Assembly (NCBI GenBank): GCA_977016875.1
Contig: CDRNST010000088.1
Span: 434,001-498,000, forward strand
Source of the DNA: Pavona decussata
Taxonomy: Eukaryota
Length of the DNA: 64,000 bases
Direction: 5' to 3'
Positions 12,501-23,800 of this stretch are shown here, one piece after another. Each line of letters opens with the position of its first letter. Position 1 is the first letter of the stretch. The position numbers and the translations under genes were made by a program. The notes under the pieces were generated by a model. The model was not told the DNA's origin, searched no databases, and saw only the letters and a list, made by a program, of their open reading frames with translations.

Positions 12501-15500
12501 CCTAGCACACACAATAATGTTAGTACAGGGACGAATTTCGCAAGAGATAAGGCTTTCTGTGCCTTTTGGTTGTGTTAGGTTCGGAAGGTATTGTGGTAAA
12601 ATGTACAGCCGCCATATTTTTTCCGTACAGTGGATTAGAAGCTCCTCCACTAAAACTTATAACCTTGATCTAAAATGATAAAATTTACCGGAGCAGAGGT
12701 GTTTAAATGGCGCAAATATCAGGTCCATGAAAATTTGTATTTCTTCTTGAGGACAGGAGGCCAGGAACCTCAGCACTACAGCTCGCCTCACTCCGATGCC
12801 AGCCTTACCACCAGTACCTGCCCCAGTCCACCGCTGCATTTTGCCATACAAAAGTCTGCGAACCAATGCAAACAACTGAATAAATATTTAAGCATTGAAT
12901 TTTTAAGGCGCATCTTTCGTTCTACAGTGCGAATCCAAAAATTGTGAACACTGCTATTTAACTCTGTAGCTCAAATTTCGTAGGCAACCACCGAATGAGA
13001 GTGGCTAAACCATGGAAAATATAAACAAAAGATTCGTGACGGACCCATTTGGGTATTATACTTGTTAGCTTTACGTTTTCTATTTTCTCTTACAATGTTT
13101 TTTCGTTTTCGGATTCGCGCAGTTATGAATTATTCATGCAGGTTTCAAACAGTAGAACGAAAATGTCTTGAACATAAGATTAAAAAAGAATAAACAGAGC
13201 GCCAAAAATTTGTAATTCCTTTAACTTTTAAAAACTCACTAAGTCTTTCTCTAATAGTTTAATAGAGACCTTAGATTCTGGTAGGAGCACGAGTACGGGT
13301 ACGACGACATAGTCGTCGCCATTTTATTCCGAGTTTTTGTGAGAACGACGTAATGGCGAAAACGAGTCCTCGAGACGTAGGTGATCTCGTGGAATCACTA
13401 AAGGGGTTAGCTATCATTATTCCGGTAAAACAACTGCGTAAAGTTCGTCACTCACAAAGAGTAAAATGAAGCTTCCTAGGATATATCTACCATATCTCTT
13501 CTTAGCACTTCGCTAAAAACTAGCTAAAAACTTGCAGTCAATCTCATATTCCGATTTCGTACTTGTAGCCGTGGTCGTACTAGAACCCAATGGTCTCTAT
13601 TATACAGACAGGGGCATCTTGTGTCTTCTGGCTCCAGTTGTTCAAAAAACGGATAACTTCAACCAGTGGATAAGACGCTATCCGCCCGATAAAATGTTGT
13701 AGCCGAAGAACTTTTTATCCGCTACATAGCGATTTATCCACTGGATAAAGTTATCTGCTCTTTAAACAACCGGGCCTGATAATTTTGAGGAAACAAAAAA
13801 CCGTACAATATCCGAATAGTGGAGCTAGTACTGTTAACATTTATTTAATTTCGCACTTGCAATCGCTGTCATGCATAAACAAATCCCACGGTGACGTTTA
13901 CAAGTACAAAGTATTATTCTATCATTAACACGTGTCACGTGACCCGTCCTGTCACGTGACACTACTAACCTTATTAGAATGGGCATAAGTCCCTCTCGGT
14001 GACTCGCATCCACAATACCGCTTTCCTCGTCAACAGAGAAATGCGCCAATTCATCGCGAAAGTTCTCATCATCTAACAACCGCTCTATATTCTCCTTGTA
14101 GGGCTCAAGATAATTCAACTTGTACGTCATGAGACATTTCACTGCAAGCTTCTGAACTTCGCCTTCTCTGTGCGCTAAGAATCTCATGAACAGCTGCCTC
14201 AGCTCAGGTTCCTTGAACAGTGCCTTAGGATTTTTGAACACTGTAAACAGGCCCAGATGAATACACAAAGATTTTGTAGCCGCTTTGTGCCTCTTCTTGT
14301 GTACGTTGTCTTGTGGTTCTGAAGAGTTATCTCCCTCAGTTTTTCCGGGCTCTGATTGGCTGATCTGATCTGTGGGGGGTGCCTCATGATGATCAGGGCT
14401 TTGCTTGGCTCGGATGTCTTGGGATGGGGCTACGTTTTCCATCGCCACAAAATATTCATTTCTGTAGAAAAAAAATCGTGCACATAACTAAAACTTTACC
14501 TTTATTTATACTGCTTATTGCACAGGAACAAAATTGCAAAGAAGAGGCTCCTCAAAATTTACGTTTTACCACAGGATTATTTGCGAACTCAAATTCGCAA
14601 TAGCGTCGTTTCTCGAATACACGCAATGTACTCACGAACATGAAAACAGAAAGCATTGTTTGCCTTAAAGCTCCCGATGTTGTAAGAAATGTGGCTAAAT
14701 AGCTATTTAAACATTGTTAAAAATGGTAAGCTTGGGCTCCTGTTTGTGTACAGCCAAGTTTTACAGGAGGCATGGCGGTTGAACTTGAGAATGTGACCTC
14801 TGATAGCTGTACAGTATATTCAGAAACTTCAAAGTTTCTTATTGTACTGAAGTACCAAGTACTATTTCTTACCTCACAAATCTTAGGAACAGCGGTACTA
14901 CATCACGTGACTTCTGTTCCGCAACTTCCGGAAAGGAAACCATTGCTTTCCATAACAGATACCGGAAGTTGGCATGGTCTGCTCTGTTTTCCTGTTGTGA
15001 ACCAAGCGATGCACAGTTATGCCTGTCAAATATTTCATCAAGACTACTGCCAGCTACTTCACCATTTTTGATGCGTGCTTGCTTGCTGCCGTTTGTGTCC
15101 ATTTCTTCATTTAGGGCCTTTTCTAAAAGTCAAAATATTCAAAAACATTCATATTGCAGAATTACTTTTGTTGTACCTGTAGGAAGGACTATGAATCCTT
15201 CATAAAAGCGGTCAGTGCTGAGTACTAGACAACTGCGACTTCCACCTTTCCTACATGTACACTATGACAAGCCAGCTGAAACGGCAGCCATCGTTAAGCA
15301 AGAGGCACTGGAACTAGTTTAACCGGCCTATGAACGGTTGGAATAATAGGTGGTTTGCAACCAATCCTTAGAGATTCAAAAGATAATGGTATGGCAGCCA
15401 TGCTGGATGACAGAACCTTTTGATTTGTCATTCAACATGGCCGCCATGCCATGGTCTTTTCGGAGAACGTGTGTTGAAACCAGGGTCAGTTTTCCAAACG

Positions 15501-18500
15501 TCTAGCAGTGTTTGAAACAAAGACGGTGCTTTGAGAAGTAGAGCATTGAAAAATATACACAGAAGGTTCAACCTATCTTTTGTTAGGACTTACATAACAT
15601 GTGGATTTTAGAAAAAAACCCACGGAATTTCTCGGTTTGAAACCAATTTTGCGTCAAAAAATTAAAACACTCTGATGTTCTGATGCTTTTGTTGGCTATT
15701 TCCTGTCAAGGAAAGTGTATTTGAATGAACTGATGCGCCATTACCTGTTTTCTCTGCAGCCGTATTCAGAAGCTCGTTGAAAACTTTCCAGAAGTGCTTT
15801 ACATTTGAACTTTGAGCAAAACTGGCAATGATTTCAATGACAGGATCCCACAGAGGGCTAAAATTAACGCAAAGCATGCCGGACAGGTATAGAAGGGCGG
15901 CTTCTCGGCAGTACTCTGGCAGGGTGTCGTAGAACCCACCGGAGAAGCGGAGTCTCTGAAGACAAATTAGTCGGTCTCTGTACGTTTCCAAACGTGCAGG
16001 AACTTCTTCAGCTTGGAGGCACAAATGAAACAAAGAGCCCTTTCCGGCAAGAGGACACTGAAATGAGAAAAGAAAAAGTTATTCAAAAAGCTACCTGGTG
16101 GGCGAGTTTCAAAGGAATCCCGTTTCACTTTGCTTTTAGACTTGAGGGTCGAAAGTTTGCTCTGTGATAATAAAAAACAAACAAACAAAAAAACAACAAT
16201 AACAACTCGCACCACTTTCTCAACCAGTTAGAGCTAATACAACCGCTCTTCTACGCTTTGCGATTGGTAATTACGTCTTTGTTGCACGCTTTTTCCAACG
16301 TTTGGTTCGAGTTCTGATGGGTTCTTTATGCTTTTTACGTCTGTTAAGATTGGCCAGACTAATCAGTTATTGTATAGCCTGCTTTTACAACCTTCAGACC
16401 CACCCACACACATGCATTCTCGTTCGTTTTAACGAAGAAACGAAGACACTTATTCCTTTGACTCACACCGATGTTGATGTATTTTTCGACCGTTCTTGAG
16501 CGTTTGTGTGTAAACGGAAGACCAAACCAATCTTGCCCTTTTTTGCTGTCCACAGGTAAACTACGTGTAACAATCTACATTTTCAAGAATCTCATCTTCA
16601 GACATTTTGTTGTTGTTGTTGTTTTTCTTTGTAAAATATTTTCATTTTGGTTTTGGAATGTTCTTGATCGCTTACGTGGGTAGAGAATAAGGAGAATAAG
16701 TTCCGTGTTCAAGTGGAAACGATCATAAACGGTTATGTTTGAGCGGGACCTGCAAACCTATCAAGAAGAATTCTCTGTTCGAACGTTTCAGCTAAGGGTT
16801 CTGTCCATTTTTCAGAGCTGGCTGGCCAGACCGGTCACTCCACGGATGGTGGGCACCATTTTGAGGGACGGAGAACTAGAGCTCTAGGAGATCTTTGAAT
16901 TCCTTCAAAATGGTGCATACAATTTTTTAGTGTGTGATTTCGAAGAATTTGTAGAACCTGGCCGTCAAAACGGCGCACTCCATTTACAAACTAACCATTC
17001 TAGTCGGCCATTTCTGACAAATGGAAAGCGTCCAGAGTTACATTATTTCGGCAAGGAGTGAAACTAACACAAAGCATGCTGTACGTATGTACAACAAGTG
17101 AAATTGTGGTAATGTACCTTATCTTCTGATGAAGTTCTTTCTTGCTGCTCAAAACAAGTCAGTAGCTTGAGAGTAAGGAGACGTATAACATGACTGGCTG
17201 AACACAGATTGAGACGAACGAGACGGTAGATTTCCTGTAGGTTTTCGGCGGCTAAAAAGCTCTGGATTCCTTGTTTTCTTGCTACTGTCATCAGTTTGTA
17301 ACAAGCTTGGAGGATGTGAACATTGTCAGGCCAGGAGCTATAAAAAAAATGGGATAAAACAAGGAATTAATAGTATCTTTCGCTTTCTGTCTACATTTCA
17401 AGGCTTCTTCTTCAGCCAATTCTCTCGTACCTACACTGTAAAAGTCGTTCCATTCTCAACTTACAAAGGCACTCACCTATAGCTGTATATGGAACATATG
17501 AACGGAGCATTCGAAATACCGTGTTATTTACAACACTGAAAGATTACCGAAGGCATTCAAAATTTAGAAAACTAGGATGCCAAATTATATCTTGAATTTT
17601 GTGGTCAGCAAGACCTAAAGCATCAGATAAACCTGAGGCCAATTTAAGGACGGTGCCTACTAATACCGAAGTATTTTTGCGCGGTTTGTGACTATGCGGG
17701 AAAAGCAGATTTTAGCAAGGGCTATTGCAATCCAAAAAGAAAATTGGGGGTAACCACGCATTTTTTTTTAGAGATTATTAAACAACAATAATTAAAAAAA
17801 AAAAAAAAACAGTAAAATACAAAGCAATGTATGTTGATTTTTTTCCAAATTGAAGCTTTATTATGTCTGAAAATTGCATGGTTATCCCAATTCTTTTTTT
17901 TTTTTTTTTGATACCAAGAGCACTTGCTAAGTGCTGCTTTCTCCACATAGTTTTAAATATCCCTGTATTAGTAGGCACCACCCATAGGAAACCCGAGTAT
18001 CTCGAGATGCGCAGAACGTATGCGCAGTAGCAAAAGTAAGTACCGTCGTGAATAAAACTTTTACATATGTACACTTCTAATTTACAAGCTGGGCCAAGTT
18101 AGCAAAAAGGCCAAGTTTCAGAGTCCTGCCTTTTGAAATAGCGAAGATATAGCGTCATCAATTCTGACAAATGTTGTAGACGTTTTTATGGAAACGTGCA
18201 ACAATTTGTCCGCCTTTATACAAACGTCTGCTAGAAGTCCTGAATTTGCGGAATATACACTGTATCTTCGATCGCTATTTCAAAGGACAGGACTCTCAAA
18301 CTTGGCTTTTTGTCTAATTATAAGGTGCTCTTTGCAGCGATGTCAAAATAGTTTTTCATTACTTGGCCTACATCAAAAGTTTAAATTAATAAAGGTCTAT
18401 TCACAGGCTAACGACTAAGTATTAGTAAAACCTATTTTCTTTTTAAAGAAATGTGATGGTATATTTCCAGCCTGGTGAATGACTGAGAATGATGATTATT

Positions 18501-20764
18501 CTAGAAAGTGACACAGGCATACTCGGAAAAAAGAAATCCGAGTGCTCCTATCAGGAGTCGAACCTATGACCTTCCGATTACTAGTTCGGATGCTCTACCA
18601 CTGAGCTACAGGAGACTCGTGGGAGCTAGGGCCATTAAACTAGGTTCATGGGACAAACATCCTGCATACTGCTAGGATTTGAATGTCGAACGTGTGGTAT
18701 ATGAAAGAAATGTGATGGTATATTTCCAGCCTGGTGAATGAATGAGAATGATGATTATTCTAGAAAGCGACGCAGGCATACTCGGAAAAAAGAAATCCGA
18801 GGCTCCTATCAGGAGTCGAACCTAAGACCTTCCGATTACTAGTTCGGATGCTCTACCACTGAGCTACAGGAGACTCGTGGGAGCTAAGGCCATTCATTCA
18901 CCAGGCTGGAAATATACCATCACATTTCTTTCATATACCACACGTTCGACATTCAAATCCTAGCAGTATGCAGGATGTTTGTCCCATGAACCTAGTTTAA
19001 TGACCTTAGCACCCACGAGTCTCCTGTAGCTCAGTGGTAGAGCATCCGAACTAGTAATCGGAAGGTCTTAGGTTCGACTCCTGATAGGAGCACTCGGATT
19101 TCTTTTTTCCGAGTATGCCTGCATCACTTTCTAGAATAATCATCATTCTATTTTTTTGTCAATGATTATAATAATTATAATCATTGGAATTATTCCAGTT
19201 TTGATGTATTATGTGGAAATGGATAAAGATAATTAAAAGATAAAGATATAATCAAATTGATATGAACAAACATGAAATTTACCTAATTAATGTCAAAATG
19301 AACTTGTAGTCTAGATGCCTTGCAAGCTGCTCTCCACTGGACACAAGCAGACTGTACGACTGAACAGCCTGGCTTAACACACTCAAGAGTTGCACGTGAC
19401 TTCTAGCAATCTTGTTTGATATAAGGCGTTCAGTGACTGAATTGATTAGTCTGAGGAGCCGCCCACAACACTGAGGAATATCTAATGGACTGTGAATACA
19501 ACAAAGAATGATTAGCACCATACACAAGTACATGTATGAAATGGGGTTACAACTGCTGATTAATAATGGTAACTGAGGACTGAGTGAAGTCCAGTTCGGT
19601 TTGTAACCATACAGTACGTCGAGTGATTAACAAAATCAGACGACCGCATAGCTTGAGTTTGTTTCATCACAAATATGATTACAGACTGAATTGCATGACA
19701 CAAAGTCCTGTTACCAAAATAATAATCATAACCATTACAATTTCTGAGAACAAATGGCTGAGACAAATAAACAAAGTTCCAGTGGAACGGGAAAATTTGA
19801 AGAAATTCGAGATGTTTCAGGCTTAGCCCTTCAACAGTCGAAGTCAAGTGTGATGAAGGGCTACATGTAAGCCCAAAATATCTGGAATTTCTTCAAATGT
19901 TTGGCACTTCTCCACCATTTACCCAACTTTATAGCTTTTGTGTGAGTGCCACACAGCTGACGGATATTATTTTTCATTTTACCTTTGGCATAATACATTG
20001 TTTATAAACAGTACAAGCAAGGGGCCACACACAGTGTACATTCATGTACCTGTTCAGGGCTGTGTTATGAGGAATTTTTATGCTGAGATTTAAACTCAGT
20101 ATAGTTGTACCTTTTCTTGTTAAAAAATATATATCTCTGAGCAACATAAGGAAGATATCACATTACCTCATTGGCATCACACTCACCTGATACAAGGAAT
20201 ACATACAAGGGTTCCCCACATTAAAGAAAGCCTGTCCTTATCCATCAAAGCCTGATCATCATGTATGATCAAATTATCAAGGAAAGCTTGTAATATCTGT
20301 CCGCCTTGCTTCGTACCACATTTAGGAAAGAACAGAAGGCCTTTTAATCTTCCCAATTCAAGGCCACCAGAATCTGCTGTAGAGCTATGAAGAATGACCT
20401 CTGTCAACATTTGGACAATTTCTTGTACATTACATGAGGTTTTTTGAAGCTCTGACTGACAGCAGTTCAATAAGGAAGGCAGAATGTCTTTCTTGAAGTT
20501 CTCCCAAGGTAAAAGATGTCTACAAAAAGTAAATATATGTTCAAGACTGTCAAATGAATTGAAGACTTTTACGGTCAGTTGCTTGTGGTGTCGATCTCTT
20601 GAAAGTTCAGTGAAGGACTCCAGCAGAAGGGTTGATGCAAGTTTAAGCAATGGGTAGCCAACAGAACCTGATATGAAATCCTTAGTCATCACTGTCTGAA
20701 GAACCTAAGAGACAACAAGATAAAGTAATTACACTGTAATTGATTATTATTATTATTATTATTA

Positions 20765-20806
<42 letters not shown>

Positions 20807-23800
20807 AAGAAATGATTTAGAAATACATGAAACAAGAAATATTAGTGATAGGAACTGACGTTTCGGTGCATCTTGCGCCATTATCAAGGTTACATAATTA
20901 ATGATAAAAAAGCGGTTTGTAAAAAGGCTAAGTTGAAGCGAATTTGCATAACATAGTGGCAAGCTAATTACTTAAACACTTTATTATTATTATAATTATT
21001 TATTATTAATAATTAATTATTGCATACTTGAATGACTGTGAGCAGTAATTCTTTCTTCCTCACCATAAAGTATACAAAAACAATGGCAAAATGAGGAGGG
21101 ATTGAAGAAATCCTTAATTATAATTGTTTTCAAACTGGACAGAACCTTCAATCAAAGAAACATCAAAGGCATCAAAACAAATGATCAAAGAATGCCTTGC
21201 AGTTTCTTTCTTTTGTCAATTATGTTGTTTATTTTAATCTTGTTGCATTTTTTTTAACTGCATCTTTTTTCTTTCTGCATGACATTGCAAAACTCTTATG
21301 TCTGTTAGGAGTTGGTGTTTTAATAAAGACTAAAAAAAATAATTATCATTATGGAGCCACAGGTGTGCTCATGAGTCTTGATATCTCCAACTTGATAGAC
21401 ACAGGAAGCCCAAACACAAGATTACAATGTAGGTTAACTGTGATATTTTCATACAACAAACACAACAGCCAACTATTACAGTGTGTAAATACATGTACAT
21501 ATAATGTGTGTATACAAAATTATAGCAAAGTGGTGGCATACCAATAGTCTCTACAGGGCTCAAAGTTAGCGACCAGCTGGTCGCATATGCGAGTAGATCT
21601 TTTATTTTGCGCCTAAAAAATTATATGTGATCGCACTCACGCGCCTAAAAACGCTCAAGCTCAGTGCGCCTGAATTGGGGCCACTTTGTTTCCTCACCTG
21701 GCAATTCTTGTGTACACTGCCTGATTAACACGAAACAGTAGCTTGAAATAATAAATTCAAATGTGGATGTAACACAATTAGGTTCCACAGAAGAAAGTTA
21801 CACCGTTTTTCTTGCATCAGTGTGTTTTATTTGTTGTTTCTTCAAGTCCATTTCTTGTCCGTGTTTCATCCCACCCCAGACTTTACCCCAGACTCTTCTC
21901 GGTTATGTGACCGCACCGCTGACACGTACGAGTGAAGGCAACCTTCTGAAACACGTGCTTCTCGCGCAGTTTAGTTCGCTTTGCCGATATTAAAGAGTCA
22001 AGAACGTTTAAACAATCTGGGTTAAGAGACTTTTTTTCTTCAAGAGTTACAGTCAAGTCAATGCGCTGTCAACAATCTAATTTATTAGGGAGCTTAAGCA
22101 ACGACGACGGCAACGGCAACGAAAACGTCACCAGGAAATATATCTTTATTTCATTTGTGCTACTTCGAAATTATTTCAACTCGCTCAACTTTTACAAAAA
22201 TGGCGAACTATCCAGGAAACAAATTGGTAGGAGTGGCGTATAAGTTAAGAAAGAAAATGAAAAATTCACCGTCCTGCGTTCACGTTCTCCACAAAACGTT
22301 CATTGTGGTCATTTCACGTTGATGTTTTGCAGAGGACGGCAAAGAAATGTACCGAAGTGTAAAACGCACGCGCAGAGCGATAGTTTTTGCTCATTAAACC
22401 TATTGTTTTGCGGCGTTTTCGCTACCGTTGCCGTCGTCGTTGCTTAAGCTCCCTAATTTTTTTCGAAACGCTCATTTACAAAAAGAAAATTTATTCTCAA
22501 ACAACCGGCCGCTGCCTTCCAACACATTTGACCCAACTCCAGCAGTTGTGAAGTGGTTAAACAGTGGACAGAGATCAAGGCAAGCTAACCTTGCCTACAG
22601 AAAGTAGCCAAATGAATTACTTTCAGTCGGGTGATCGGTGGGACTTGAAGGATTTCGTCTGATCGAGAGGATTCAATGACGTTATTCCTTACCTTCGTTT
22701 TGTCTTATTATCTTGTTGAATGTACCATAACATGTAATATTCAAAAAAATGTAACAGTATTATTGCTATCTCAAACATGCAGTAAGAGACTGAAAGAAAC
22801 AAACACATGATTGAAATAAAAGATTACCGTGCTGATTAATGATCAACAAGCGAAAATAAGAAAAAGAAATTAACAACGTGTCGGTGTCGTCATGACACCA
22901 TTATCAACGATCACTAATAAAATGTCTGAAGCTTCTGATTTTTCTTTTTGGTGCTACCAGTATTTTAAGTTGTGCTCCTAAAATTTTTAGCTGTGCGCCT
23001 AAAATTTCAGAAATGCGCCTAGAAATTTACACCTGGTAGCACAGGTGCTCCCAAAGCCAAAAATAAACTTTGAGCCCTGCTCTAGCAAGAACATTGCAGT
23101 GTTCCAGATAAGAAAGGGGTCTCAGGTCAAAAACCTGTGCAGCCTGGCTTCCTGACCCGACAAAACGAATGGCAGACATAAGAAGATTTGGGGAGAACCA
23201 GAGCTATTGACCCCTTAAAATTCTTCATTGACTCTCTGATTTTGAAAGTTATCTGGAGCACTGACATTGTTGTGTTGAATTACTGTAGTAAAAGAAATCT
23301 CATAATGATGATGTCAAGTGCGTGCAGCTGCAGTTCCAAAAAGTCTACAGTGTACACTTTTAAATAATTCTAAAGGCATCGTCATGACTTTTAAACCAAT
23401 CATAAGTTTTCATTAATTTCTAGAATGGGGCATTTCCAGGACTCATTTTATTTTGCTTTTCAAATTCAAATTATGTAATAATTCCAGTAAGAAGTAAATG
23501 ACGATAGCTCTAATTAGCATCATTGGGAAAACAAAAAAAACTTCAAGGAATTCTGGTAGTTGTAGTGAAAAGAGGGCATAATTAAAATGTCCTATCCTGT
23601 TTGTCACTGCTGTCACTTACACTAGTAAGCAATTTGAATTCATTGAACCAGCTGTTAGGAAAAAAATCAATGTGTCCATAATAAAGAAGAGGCTTTACTT
23701 GATAAACAATGTACTTACATTGAACAACCTAACTGGATCAGAAATAAGACTGCCAGATTTCCATGAAACCCAAACATCCATTAACTTCAACACAAAAGAC

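Noticed and set aside
18618-18660. Pistol/twister/HDV ribozyme in the tRNA element
   Set aside because: Only superficial resemblance; I could not build the required stems or pseudoknot by eye
18543-19092. Genuine three-gene tRNA-Thr cluster
   Set aside because: 1:72 mismatch, 8-nt loop and near-identical 190-bp flanks indicate a repeat family
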